A DNA stretch of 64,000 bases. Source: Octopus vulgaris. Taxonomy: Eukaryota. The position numbers were made by a program, and so were the translations under genes. The DNA is taken from NCBI GenBank assembly GCA_951406725.2, contig OX597817.1, forward strand, positions 27,714,001 through 27,778,000, read 5' to 3'. This document shows, in pieces, positions 1-13,492 of this stretch. The notes beneath the pieces were generated by a model. It had not been told where the DNA came from and did not search any database. It was given only the letters and a program-made list of their open reading frames with translations. Position 1 is the first letter of the stretch, and each line of letters begins with the position of its first letter.

Positions 1-358
1 GAAAGCAGAAAGAGAAAATTATTATTATGTTATGGAAAGAAATGATTTCAAAGAACTAAAAGCATGTTAATTCAAAGAATACATTTAGAAACTCACCCTC
101 ACTCTCATAAGCATATATAACTACACATATACTAATACATATTCCTACTTCAAACACACAGATACACACATTTGCTCTAATAGACGTTTACGATCTCCCA
201 CTTATAAACATAAACAAACGTTCACATACATACTATGCCGGAATTAAATCCTGGGACACTTACGCAACATTTAGCTACCTTGTAATTATTCCCTTGGATT
301 TTTCCTATTTGCACATATATTTGTACGTATGCTAACGTAGTTACTCGTCGCCAGTTAC

Positions 359-643
359 TGTAGTGTCACCACTAATTATGACGATACTTGTTTACACTAT
401 ACCGGGTAGTATGATAAAACATAATGTGGCAGGGTAACAACAACGTAACAATCCAACAAAATCTCCACCAAGTCTCCACGAACTCTCCATGAACCAACAA
501 ACGATATTCTGGCAAACCACTACAAGGGCACCTTGCGGCTTCCTGTGATTAACGCCTACTCTCCCGTCTCTTACTCAGACCTTGCTAATTATAGTCATTT
601 GGTCAAGACTATTCTCGGAGGGAGTGTCGTGAATCTCGCCACA
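359..643 (-). mobile_element. Probable 3' LTR of the adjacent Ty3/Gypsy element
   Basis: On the minus strand it starts TGTGGCG (643) and ends CACTACA (359), i.e. TG...CA with an imperfect terminal inverted repeat. It directly follows a purine-rich tract (AAGAGGGATGATGC) downstream of the integrase relic. No second LTR in the window to confirm. Confidence 0.5.
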
Positions 644-699
644 GCATCATCCCTCTTGAGATTTCGACTTCCGTAGGAAACGAAATTTATTTTACTTTT

Positions 700-1850
700 T
701 TTCCCCCACACCTCTACCATTTTAATGAGTGCAGTACCTTTTCCGCTTAGGAATTATTTCTAAATATTCCGTCTGTTTACGTTTACTGCTACAGCTCCTT
801 CTAGGTTCAATCTTTCTCGGTGCTGGAACATCGAACATGTCGTAAAACACTTCCATTGGGATTTCCTTTCTTTTTTCTGTATGATTGATTTTTAAATGAT
901 TTAGATATCGTTTATGCTGCCATCGTTGGCACATTATTAAATACATCATGTTTCCAATTCTTTTAGTCACTGCACCATCCTGTCAACTCTCTTTACCTTT
1001 CGCGTATACATTGAAATGTACATTGTCTCTGAGATTAAAATGTTTAGTTGATTTTTTTGTATTTTCTCTATACGTTTTTTTTTACTTTGCCAACAATTTG
1101 TCGAAGATCGATTTAATGTTTCGAACGAATATTAGCACTGCAGACGACTTTCCTGGAATGGTATTCGGAATTAGTGTTTCGTCAATTCCTAACTCGTTCC
1201 TTGCATTTTGTAGCGCTCACTTTAACGTATCTACGAATCGTTGTGCTTGCCCTTTTGACCTCGGGTGGAAGGGTGGGGTAAACATGTGTTTCGTCACAAA
1301 CATTTTGCAGAATTTCTTGAACAGGTATCCTGTAAATTGTGTTCTATTGTCCAAAACTATGCTGTCGGGAATACCGTATCTAGCAAAAAGTTCGTGCAGA
1401 AACTTTACTGTTGCCCACTTGGTAAAGCTATTAACAATGATAAAGTATTAGGCGCCATTCACTGGTCCAGGTAGACTATATGTACCCGGGACCACGGACT
1501 ATCCCTCTCAGGCCACGATTGGTATTTCACCGGTGGTGCCTTGGCTTCTAGCGCACAACGTCTACATGATTTTACCAAATTTTCTATGTCCCGGTGTATT
1601 GTCGGCCAATACAGGTATCCCCGGGTTTCGACTATGAACTTCATGTAATATCCGTTTCTGTAGTGTAGTTGGTACGACCAATTTTTACGCGTACATTAAA
1701 ACATTGTCGTAGAGTGAAAACTGGTTTGCATTCGTGTTTCTCTTTTGTTTAATTTTCAAAGTTTCCTCTAATTCTATAACATACGTCTTCTGCTGATTTA
1801 CATTTTATAACTTGTACAGTGACTGTATGTCTCGTCATGCTTGCCATTAG
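700..1850 (-). pseudogene. Degenerate Ty3/Gypsy pol fragment (integrase zinc-binding region, core and C-terminal tail)
   Basis: ORF 1459-1644 reads YLYWPTIHRDIENLVKSCRRC...PWSRVH (HHCC region and start of core). Antisense of 948-1451 reads LFARYGIPDSIVLDNRTQFT...TPPFHPRSKGQAQRFVDTLK. Stops and frameshifts present. Confidence 0.85.
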
Positions 1851-1875
1851 ACAGTCTCTACACGGCGCGCGAATT

Positions 1876-2090
1876 TTTTTCTACTCTAGGCACAAGGCCC
1901 GAAATTTTAGGGGAGTGGAACAGTCGATTAGATCGATGCCAGTACGCAACTGATACTTAATTTATCGACCCTGAAAGGATGCAAGGCAAAGTCGACCTCG
2001 CTGGAATTTAAACTTAGAACGTAATGACAGACAAAATACCGCTAAACATTTCGCCCGACTTGCTAACGTTTCTGCCAGTTCACTGCCTTG
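1876..2090 (-). mobile_element. tRNA-derived SINE, family A, short-tail variant
   Basis: Reverse complement shows an A-box-like head (GGCAGTGAACTGGCAGAAACGTTAGC), a B-box-like TAAGTTTAAATTCC, the central GTCGACTTTGCC...GGGTCGATAAATTAAGTA block shared with >15 copies in the window, and tail GGGCCTTGTGCCTAGAGTAGAAAA. Confidence 0.9.
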
Positions 2091-2582
2091 ATCACGGAGC
2101 GCACATTGACACTTCGAAGTCACCGTAATCATATTTTGTAAGAAAAAAATAATATATACTCTGCTAAAAGCTATTGAGTGATCATTCAGTTCAATGCGAA
2201 ACTGTTTGTGTAGAAACTCCAGATAAAAGAGTCCCATTTGGCTCAATCATATTCCTAACACTATATTCATACATCATTCCAAATATTTACAAACGTTTTA
2301 ACTTATATATACACACGTATACATACACACAGGAATACCACATTGTCCGTCTATTATTTCGAACGTTTCATCTCCTGCTAACAATTCGAAGATAATAATG
2401 CTATCCTTATAGTTCAGCTCACACGTCCCTGTCCCAACCTCGACGCATCCCTTAAGAATATGTTGCAAGTACTAAGAACCTTTCATCTTTTTTCCTTTGC
2501 CACACTCTAAACGGGTCATCAGGGCGAAACGTGCATGTAACCGCCGCTCATTTATGTTATATAACGGAACATATTTATGTAA

Positions 2583-2585
<3 letters not shown>

Positions 2586-2659
<74 letters not shown>

Positions 2660-2960
2660 TATATATATAAATATATACACATATATATATATGTATATAT
2701 ATACATATATATATATGCATATATGTGCATATATGTATATATATATATACATATATATACACACATGTATATACACATATGTACATATATACATATATAC
2801 ATATATATATATACACATATACACACATGTACATACATATATATGTATGTATGCATATATATTTATGATACAGACACACATACATATGCATATATGTATA
2901 TATGCATGTATTGGATGTATATATATGTATATATATGTATGTATGTATGTATGTTTGTAT
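2586..2960. repeat. Compound (TA)n/(CA)n/(TATG)n microsatellite
   Basis: Directly visible; source of the YI/CV-rich spurious ORFs. Confidence 0.95.
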
Positions 2961-3547
2961 AAGAACACCTTGTCGTGTTTATGTGATATGTGTCATTGTG
3001 CATACATATTTCTTTTCTGGCAATATTTTCCGAGCATTATTTATGTATTTACTACAGACGTTTTATTCAATAAATCTGTTTTCATTTCAGGCATGAATAA
3101 TCAAAGCCAATCGGCAATATAATATTTTGGCTTTTAGTTGGACTTAACATTTCCTCTTAAATATTTCTTCAGTTTAACCTCCAAGCTTTACATGGTCACA
3201 TCGCTTATTCCCAAGGTATTCATTGAAAATAAAGACTTCATTGGCATTTTTTTTCATCTTGATTAAAAGCCTTTACTTATATGCATATAAATATTTGTGT
3301 GTGTGTGTGTGTGTGGCTATGATGCAAATCTGTGAGTGTTTATACCACACAATAGTAATATATGTCTGTAGCAAGAAGTATAAAATAGCGTAGTAAATAT
3401 ATTCACATAAACTGACTTTTCACAAGAACTATATATAGAATTTCTAAATAGTTTGCCTTAATAAAATCGAGTATATTAACATTATAGCTCCCAACAACAA
3501 AGCACTAGACACGGAAGCGTATTTTGTCAAATACACACATATATACC

Positions 3548-3620
<73 letters not shown>

Positions 3621-4175
3621 GCATACATATACCCATCCATACACATACAGATACTTACACATAAACAGATGCACACGAACATACACACACATATTTATAT
3701 ATATATTTATATATACAAATTTCCATGAGTTTTCCCAACTGGCTATGTTTATGAAATATTTCTGATTTGAATATATAGAATTTTTCACTTTTTTCTTTGA
3801 AGTGAAGCAATTCTGATAATTGTGTGATATACCGAAGTACAATTCTTGTCTAATTGATTTAGTGCTGAAGTATTGGGCGGGTACCGTTTTTGTGTAGAGT
3901 ACAACATATTATACGTAAAGAGCGAAGAGAAGAGACAAGGGGGGCGGGGTTTACAGACGAGTGCATAACAAGAAAATGGAAGAATAGAGAACGAGATACA
4001 AATTATTTTATCAATTAATCAAGGGATTGGCAGAACGGTGAAAGCTTCGGACAAAATGCTTTGTGTTATTTAGTTACGGCTTATTAGGTTCTGAGTTCAA
4101 AACCCGCGGAGGTGGAATTTATCTGTAATTCTACAGTATTGATAGGATAAAGAAGCAATCAGTATCTGGAGTGAA

Positions 4176-4410
4176 AAAAGGCGGCGAGCTGGCAGAAACG
4201 TTAACGCGCCGGACGAAATGCTTAGCGGTATTTCGTCTGCCGTTACGTTCTGAGTTCAAAATCCGCCGGGGTCGACTTTGCATTTAATCCCCTCGGGGTC
4301 GATAAATAAAGTACCAGTTACGCACTGGGGTCGATGTAATCGACTTAATACCTATGTCTGTCCTTGTTTATCCCCTCTGTGTTTAGCCTCTTGTGGGTAA
4401 TAAAGAAATA
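4176..4410 (+). mobile_element. Full-length family A SINE (long tail) nested in an older family A copy (~4021-4490)
   Basis: GGCGGCGAGCTGGCAGAAACG...GAGTTCAAAATCC...AAAGAAATA, flanked by a perfect 15-bp target-site duplication AGTATCTGGAGTGAA (4161-4175, 4411-4425). Flanks are a degraded copy of the same SINE. Confidence 0.92.
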
Positions 4411-5239
4411 AGTATCTGGAGTGAATACAACCAACTAGTCAAAATTTATCCCTCAAAATTTCCCCACACAATTTCTGGTTTCGTACAACTGCTTTTCATT
4501 AAGACCGCGAATTTGGCAAAATTGTTAAAGAGTCAGAAAAATATACTTTACAGCATTCCTTTCATCTGGGGCCTTCTTTTACTCTAAAAAGAATTGTTTT
4601 ACCTTTGCCCTTATGTGCAAAAGAGCATTTTGACTCATTGATCAAGTCCAACTGAGCAAGTGCTGATGTTTTGACCCACTTTTTGAGCATTTTTCCATCT
4701 CTTCTTATCTATTTCGTTTCCTGCATGCACGTTTTTGACAAACTTTGCTCCCCATGACATCTCCATTATGTACATATCTTTTCTGTCTTCCCTTTTACCT
4801 CTCTCCATCTCTTCGTCTCTATTTTTCTTTCGTTTCACCACCTTGTTTTTTAATTAAAAATAAAAACTTTTCCCGTGCTTAACAGACACATCCCTGCATA
4901 TATCATACATCCCCAAATTAGCTATTTAACTTCCACCTCTTTCCTGTTATCTCTCTCTCTCTTTCTCTCTCTCTCACTCTCTCACCTACGCCTTACTCTC
5001 ATGATAGAAGCGCAAATACATGCAAAACAGTATCTAATTTACACCAGCACACAAGTGTAGCCAATCTAAGTGATATAACTCTGGAAGGTCTGGATCCGTA
5101 ACCTATTCTGTTCTGTAATTTTTCGAGTGTATTTTTTGTGCAGGTTTTGCTGCAATCAAAGACTCTTTAATTTGTAGAAGAGATTATTTTGTTTTCTGTT
5201 TCCAGTACAAAACAACTCGTGCTAAACATTTTCGATCGT

Positions 5240-5317
5240 CCATATCTGATGAGTATTTAATTATTCTTTCCTTGTTGGGAAGATGAATTATTTACGAAAC
5301 CATCCGGTAACTTTTGG
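5240..5317 (+). ncRNA. Type I hammerhead ribozyme-like motif (intact core, poor stem I)
   Basis: CTGATGA (5246-5252); long stem II closed by GTA/TAC with TAATTATTCTTTCC/GGGAAGATGAATTA; GAAA (5296-5299); stem III CC-ATCC-GG; TA. Stem I pairing is weak. Confidence 0.5.
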
Positions 5318-6058
5318 CTCTATACTAGCTAATTTTATACTACTGATAAATATTATATGCGTTTGTGGCGAGAAAAAGCGAGAGACGGAGAGACAGACAG
5401 AGAGACAGACAAACAGACAAACAGAGAAGGAGGGAAGAAAAACAAAACAATGGTAAAAACAAGAAACAGTTGTGTATGACGTAATAAGATAAACAAGAGA
5501 CACCGATATCTCCACCGTTTTCAGAACAGTACTCTATCATTTTACTTGTCATCTGTCCCCAAAAGATTCAGTTTTCTTTAGTCAGATATTAGAGAATGAA
5601 CATAAAGATAATGCTATAAATCTGACCATTTCTTCGTCGTCGTTCAATGCTGAGGGTAACTATATACAGCATAGCTTCGATAGCTATGGGCCATCGGCGT
5701 ACATAACATAGCAGTTGATATTGTCTCACATTTTACTCTACCGCCTTACAGAATACATTTGAATAATTTTTTATTAAGAAAATGAGATGCTCGTGAAGAG
5801 AATGTTTCGGATCCTAGGTTTAACCGATAAGGGACGAACTTGGGCTACTGAAAACCTGCAATAGACATTGCAATATATATGTCATAAATGACAATGTGAT
5901 TGCACCTAGAACATTATCCTCCGAAGCAAAAGCCCGGGCAACGTTGTTTATGGAAGACCAATAGTCTCCCATGCATACCAGTCTCCACGTCTCCAATGTT
6001 ATCTAAAGAAAAGGCAAAAGCTGACACAGCTTGGCACCAGTGACGTCGCAAATCATTT

Positions 6059-6295
6059 TATATTTCTTTATTGCCCACAAGGGGCTACACACAGAGGGGA
6101 CAAACTAGGATAGACAAACGGATTAAGTCGATTAATTCGACCCCAGTGCCTAACTTGTACTTATTTATTCAACACCAAAAGGATGAAAGGCAAAGTCGAC
6201 CACGGTGGAATTTGAACTTAGAACGTAACGGCAGACGAAATACCGCTAAGCATTTCGCCCGGCGTGCTAACGATTCTGCCAGCTCGCCGCCCTAT
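6059..6295 (-). mobile_element. Family A SINE inserted into an older, different SINE (~5950-6365)
   Basis: Full family A sequence on the minus strand. TSD CGTC(G/A)CAAATCATTT at 6044-6058 and 6296-6310. Flanks rejoin into a CORE-like SINE (minus: CAGCAAGACACTTTATTTCACG...). Confidence 0.85.
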
Positions 6296-6385
6296 CGTCA
6301 CAAATCATTTCTGCAATTGAGTGAACTGAAGTAACGTGAAATAAAGTGTCTTGCTGAAGAACGCACGTATGTATGTATGTTTGTA

Positions 6386-6421
<36 letters not shown>

Positions 6422-6479
6422 TGTATGTATGTATGTATGTATGTATGTATGTGATTTGGGATTAGTGGGCAACGTCTTG

Positions 6480-7200
6480 TTGCTATAATGTTCCTATGAG
6501 AATGACCAGACGTTAGTGTTCGGGTAAATGTTGCTAAGTCCAATAATTTCAAAAAGATTGTTGGAGTTCTTCGGGGATAAGTATTGTTACCTGGCCTTTT
6601 CATAACTGTTATGAACTGTATTGATATGGGCCGATTGCTGCAACGTAAGTATGAGTATTAGTGTTACGAAGGCTGAGTATTTGGTCCTTACCAGAAAGCA
6701 TACGCAGTACATACTCCATATTCCTGGAAAATCACTGAGAGAAATGGAGAAGTTTAAATATCACGAGTGATTGAAAGCAGTACTACATCAGCCTTAGTGT
6801 TCGATCCTAAAACGAAAAGAGTCTCGTAAATAATCCAGTCTCACTACGTTCAGTCCGGTTTTCGTGTCTATCTTTATTTATGCTCATGAATATTGAGTAG
6901 TGACCTACAAAGTAAGGTCACATATATAAATGGTTGAAATATGCTTCCTCTGAAAGATATCTGCAGTAACGTTACTCAACAGGGTGGGTGGTGTGGAGAT
7001 CAGATAATCTCGCCAGGTCGAGTTGCGACATCTCTGCACTGAGAAGTCACAGCTATGTACGTACAACCGATAAGTAATAAGAATCGCAAGACGAATTCTT
7101 CAAGCTTAACAAACCGGCAGGAAACCTAGAGATAGACCAAGATCTAGATCTGTAGTCTCAGTTCGTCATGCTTTGGAATTCAAATGGAAAGTCTAAAGAG
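6480..7200 (+). pseudogene. Degenerate RTE-type LINE, RT C-terminal half
   Basis: Broken translation retains KSLREMEKFKY, SGFRVYL / IFIYAHEY*VVT, VEICFL*KISAVTLLNRV and TGRKPRDRPRSR, matching the RTE ORF end pattern (VEKFKYLG...EMRFLR...GRRPRGRPR). Many stops. Confidence 0.65.
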
Positions 7201-7659
7201 AGTTGCTTTTTATAGGACCCAACGAGATATGCCTCAGGACTCTTCCACGAATTGTGGCTGGAAGAGATGGATAGAGAGTGTATATATGTGTGTGTGTGTA
7301 TGTATGTATGTATGCATGCTTGTATATATGTATGTATGTAGGTAGGTAGGTATGTATGTAGGTAGGTAGGCAGGTAGGCAAGCAGGCAGGTAGGTAGGTA
7401 GGTAGGTAGATAGGTAGGTAGGTAGGTAGGTAGGTAGGTAGGTAGGTAGGTAGGTAGGCAGGTGGGTATGTAGATAGGTAGAAAGACATGTAGGTAGATA
7501 GGTAGGCATATAGATATGCGTGCATATATGTATATTATGAAATGAAATACTTCTATAGTCGTCGGTTTCACTATGCTAATCCTCATTAAGTAGTTAATGA
7601 TAATGTTACAATTTCAAGATATAATAAATTTTCAGTAAATGTTAATAGCAGGAAGGACA

Positions 7660-8121
<462 letters not shown>

Positions 8122-9616
8122 TATCAAAATTTTATAGTCACCCTCCTCTGTTTAAACTAAATTGTCTATAATATGTAGCGTACTGTCATATAACAGGAGG
8201 AAACTAAAATGCCAGTTATACTTTCAGGAGGCACTGCCAATCTTTAAAGGTATGAATTAATACTAGCATTTACACATTTATTTAGAAAAAAACTGTTGAA
8301 GACCTTCCCAGTTAAATGGCGTACTGATTTGTGTACCCTAACATAATAGGTTGAGTCTGTCTTTCCCGGTCTAGTGTATTTAGTATATTTCACCCAGCTA
8401 GTATTATTTAGTAGTTACACTAATAATTCATTTTATCAAATTATTTATCAAATTATTTTATCTAATTATTTTCGTTATCTTAATTTTTAAAATTATTATT
8501 ATTATTAATTATCATTATTGCTATTACTTATTATTATTATGCTGTAGGTGGTGTTATAATTCTTATTTCAGTTTTTTAAAGTTCTGTAATTATTTCTAAT
8601 TAAGGATTTTGTTTTCAGTTATCTTTTCATTTTTCATTTCTTAATTTATATATTTTTTAATTCAGTTTTTACTTTAGTTTTCATTTTAATTCATCTTAAT
8701 CATATCAATATTATTTAATTTGTAATATTTATTCTTCTAGTTTCAAATGCCACCAGTATCAACTTTGTCTTTCGTACTTCTGGGATCAATAAAATAAATA
8801 AGTACCAGTTGAGTACTGGGTTCGATGTACTTGACTTATTTTCTGCTCCGAATTTGCTGGCCTTGTTTTTCTTTTAAACAAAATGTTTCTTTCGATATAA
8901 AATACCTTCCATAGTAAATATTCCATCGTGACCGACATAATTACCTACTGAATAGCTTATTTCTACATACCTCCTCGCCATTTCAATTGGTCGTCAATAG
9001 TTCAAATGGTGCAGCAATTTTTGCAATAAATATTCTTCAAGTTGACGGGTGGGGCTTAGGAAACTAACCTTTATATCCATTTCTAGGGTGAAATACATCT
9101 CTTACGCGTCATATTGGTCAAATATTATTAGAATTACTATCTCACTTCCATAAAACATTCTCTATTCTACGCAATGTCATACAGCTTTGAGAAGGATAAC
9201 ACGGTGTTAACACTCTCTCCCTCTCTCTCATCCTGCTCCCTCTCTCTCTCTTTCTCTTGAACCTTAGTCAGTTAAATACGGGATCTATTAATATGCAAGA
9301 TAACTGCTTTCAAAAATGTTTAAATGCCAACTAGCCTGAAACGCGCGTAATCGAATTAAAGAATGCATAATTCTCCATTCTTTATGTTTTTCATCAACAC
9401 TCTGTGGCCTTATACTAAATTTATTCAATGTTTGAACTTTGGATTTTCAAACTGGACAGAACGAAGAACAATTTTACGGCCGACGTGGATTACAATGACT
9501 TTCTTGAACAATTTAGTTAACTTGGTTTGATCGCTACAGAGTGCTTATAAAATATTCACCTTGATTTTTAATCCCTTTTGCCTTTGTATGTGTGTGTATG
9601 AATATATACAGACAGG

Positions 9617-9716
<100 letters not shown>

Positions 9717-11075
9717 TGCACACATACACAAACATGTAAATGAGAGTATATGAATGTATATGCACGAACATTCATTCATATATAAGCATATGTATGTGCA
9801 TATACAGATACGTACACGTATACATACGTACGTTAGATTATCATCTACGTTGGAAATATCCCTAAGTAGAAGTTTTCAAACTCTGATTCACTGACAGTAT
9901 GCATGCCGTCGATAGAAGAAAACTTCCTCTGGGGATGTTTAAAACCTTTATCAATGAAATTCTGTTTTCAAACCTACCAATACTTAATCGACTCTGAGAA
10001 GTAGTTTAACACAAAATCATTGTTTCTTTTGAATTTCATTTAGCAAAAACATACACCCATATTTTCTTGTTATATCATTATATTTTAGAAAGATAACGTC
10101 TGTATAGAATTTAGAACCACATATACTAACAATCGATGTTCTCTAAACGATATATAAGCCCTAATCTGTAATAATCTATGACGTAGTAAGCAATATATCT
10201 ACATCTTTGACTTATAAGAGTTCCACAATCTATGCAATTATTTTAACACTTTTAAACTTTCGTTTCTTTTAGACATATAGTTATATCCATTCAATGGAAC
10301 TTGCTACCTACAGAAGACTATAAGATTATATCGGATCATTCAATGAATTCCCATATGATGTCTTACTTTCTTTGTTGCTTTTATCAAACTTATAAAAGGA
10401 GCAGCAGTATATCTCAGTGAGTATGGCCTTCAATTTGAATAAGGCTTAAACTCATTAAATATAACTACCATTCCTTTATATACTGCGGTCCGTGCTACAG
10501 TCGTAGACTCCACTTGCATTCTAACCTTATACTACTTTATTTTAAACCACTTTGTGCTTCTATGCAATTATTTATTTTTCGGTTTTTATTGAAAATCATT
10601 TTTATACAATTTCTTTTAACTGTTAGTATATGTTTTATGTAAAGTGTTGTATTTGACTTTATAATTCCATTATAGCAACTTTACCTCTTTGTTCTCATAA
10701 ACAAACTGTAGTTTATACACATACGCAGTGTTTATCTGATGGTGCTCTATAATAGCCAATTTTGCTTTAAGAGATATTTGCTTTATTTTTCGCTTCCATG
10801 TATCAAAACAGACTATATTGCTTCTTAGCACGATACTTTTGAGGTAAACCGCTATAAATTATGTTGATTTATACATTATCTTTTATACAAGTATTTATGC
10901 ATTTATGTGCTCATGCGTGTGTGTATGTGTGTGTGTGTGTGTGTGCATGCATCTTCGTATGTGTGTATTATATATATATATATGTGCGTGTGCTCATGTG
11001 TGTAGATACATATACGAAAGATCGATTTCAAATACAGCTATTCGAGACAAATACAACTAATAATATAGATATAGC

Positions 11076-11122
<47 letters not shown>

Positions 11123-11138
11123 TAATAATAATAATAAC

Positions 11139-11960
11139 TTAAAAGATGAAGAAGCATCTTGGAAGTGGCTCAGCAAGGGTGACCTAAAAAAGAAGACTGG
11201 AAGTTTAATCATCACTGCCCAGGATCAGGCATTAAATACCAACTCAATGAAAAGAGGTATATACCGCAGAAGTGCAATGAACCTCTGCAGAATGTGTGAG
11301 AAGAGGGCCGAAAGCATGACCCACATTGTTAGTGCTTGTGAAAGTCTTGCGCAGAAAGAGTACAAGCGCAGACATGACACGGTAACGCAGAACCTTCACT
11401 GGCTACTATGCCGGAGGTATGGATACGAGGTAACTGGTGCTTGGTACCAACATACACCAGAAAAGGTAAAGGACGAAAACGGGAAGGCAAAAATCCTCTG
11501 TAAGTTTGACATCCAGACAGACAATGTGTTAGAACACCGAAGGCCAGACCTAGTAATCTTTAGTTAGGACAAATAAGAGTGCCTAATAATTGACGTAGCA
11601 GTACCAGGAGATGAACATATTATCATGAAATGAAGAGAAAAGATTAATAAAAATGGAAACCTGAGAATTGAGATCGCCGAGATGTGGCAACTACGATTGT
11701 CAAATGTAAAGGGTGTCATTGTTGTCGTCGGAGCATTAGGCTCAATACTACCCAACCTGAAGAAACTTCTGGAAACTTTGGAAATACCCTACAATCTGGG
11801 TGTATTGCAATAATCGGCATTACTTTGGACTGCACACATATTGCGTAAATTATTGTCTGTTTGAGTTCCTTTTTGTGACGTGACAAACACTACAAACCCA
11901 CGGTCAACACAATATCTTCAATCAACATGACGATATTGCATTCTGTGCGACATCTTAAAT
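11139..11960 (+). mobile_element. 5'-truncated R4/Dong-type non-LTR retrotransposon (CCHC finger plus restriction-like endonuclease) in a (TAA)n tract
   Basis: Single frame with stops: WLSKGDLK...AQDQALNT...CRMCEKRAESMTHIVSAC...KRRHD...HRRPDLV...IIDVAVP...VGALG...TAHILRK. (TAA)n on both sides (11076-11137, 11958-12026), the known Dong target. Confidence 0.9.
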
Positions 11961-11969
11961 AATAATAAC

Positions 11970-12026
<57 letters not shown>

Positions 12027-12039
12027 CGCAAAAACAATA

Positions 12040-12245
12040 ATGATTTCAAATTTTAGTATATAGCCAACAATTTCGGGCTAGTCAATTACATTGACCTCAA
12101 TGCTCAACTGGTACATATTTTATCGAATCCGCTGGAACGCAAGGTAAAGTCAACCTCGGTGGAATTTGAACGCAAAACGTAAAATCAACGAAATGTGGCT
12201 AAGCATTTTGTTTGGCATTCTAATTCTTCTGCCAACTCGCCGCTG
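12040..12245 (-). mobile_element. Degenerate family A SINE
   Basis: Central block (AAAGTCAACCTCGGTGGAATTTGAAC) and head (CTGCCAACTCGCCGC). Similar degraded copies at ~8750-8870(+), 12910-13095(-), 15300-15485(-), 27890-28095(+), 42825-43045(-), 43060-43220(-), 48903-49125(+) and 55432-55475(-, head only). Confidence 0.8.
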
Positions 12246-12259
12246 TAAAGATAATAATA

Positions 12260-12580
12260 TCGCCAGGCGCTCACAACCCTCTACCATTCGGGCAATGGGA
12301 TCGGTGGACGTTCCGCTTTAGAAATTTACAGAGGATTAGTGACGGGGAAGTGAGACAACGTTTTCTGGGAGACTCTGGGCGCCGACGAGAACGAAGTGGC
12401 TAGTCTGTTCCGGAGGACTTTCTGTTCAGGAACTATCATAGATAATTTCCAGATGTCCTTGGCCATGCAGTGCTAAGAGGGTGGGCGGTACTGGTTCGAG
12501 GAAAACTCTACAGGCACGGATGTGCTGTTAGACAGACTTATCCGAGGTGCGCAGAGTGATGAAACAGTTCTTTCTCCTCG
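12260..12580 (+). pseudogene. Degenerate L1/Tx1-type LINE ORF2 C-terminal zinc-knuckle (zf-RVT) fragment
   Basis: EVASLFRRTFCSGTIIDNFQMSLAMQC then, after a frameshift, VLVRGKLYRHGCAVRQTYPRCA..DETVL, resembling the LPVRDKL...CPRC...ET..H motif. Confidence 0.55.
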
Positions 12581-12734
12581 CTTTCCCTTCAACTAATTAC
12601 ATAAAAACTTTACAATTATATTAATCTGCCTCACATCATGGATGCTTCTCTCACCTTCTTTTCTTCTTCCCTCTTTTTCTCTCATCACGTGAAACCGTTA
12701 CCGACGGGCTAAGCAACGAAATAACAAGCAGAAT

Positions 12735-12764
12735 TATTAAATAATAATAATAATAATAATAATA

Positions 12765-12860
<96 letters not shown>

Positions 12861-12910
12861 ATGATGATGATGATAATGATGATGATAATGATGATGATGA
12901 TGATAATGAT
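12735..12910. repeat. (AAT)n/(ATG)n trinucleotide microsatellite
   Basis: Directly visible; source of the poly-M and poly-I ORFs. Confidence 0.95.
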
Positions 12911-13149
12911 CCTTTCTATTATAGGTACAAGAGGCAACATTATTGGGGAGGGTCTAGTACTTTACTGATAATTATTTCATCGACCCCAGTAGGATGAAAA
13001 GCAATGTCGACCTCGGCCGCCACCTGCACTCAGAACAGACGAAGTACTGCTAAGCATTTTTCCCGGCTTGCCAACGATTCTACCAGCTCGCCATAACAAC
13101 AACGACGACGACGACGGTGACGATAACGATGACGGTAACGATGATGATA

Positions 13150-13492
13150 ATAATCACAGAAAAGGAGAAAGCAACCTTACTCTGGGATAGAACTATCAAG
13201 GTCACAGAGAAATCAAGGTTAATAAGCCGGATATAGTTGTCAGGGATTACCAAGAAAAAATGCTTTCTAATCGATGTATCAGTATGAACAGATGACAACG
13301 TTTCTCTCATTGAAACGGTGAAACTTTCAAAATACAAATTCTGGGAATAGAGGTAACTCGAATGTGAAGCCTAAAAACAGAAATAATTCCTATAATAGTA
13401 AGTGCATTAGGTATGATAAAAAAGCATTCAGACAAATACGTAACAAAAACACCAGGACTTTCAAGTATATATAACATACAGAAAATAGCCGG
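13150..13492 (+). pseudogene. Second R4/Dong-type endonuclease fragment (different family from 11139)
   Basis: KATLLWDRTI...KKCFLIDVSV*TDDNVSL...KLSKYK...EIIPIIVSALGMIKK...IYNIQKIA; preceded by trinucleotide repeats. Confidence 0.75.
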
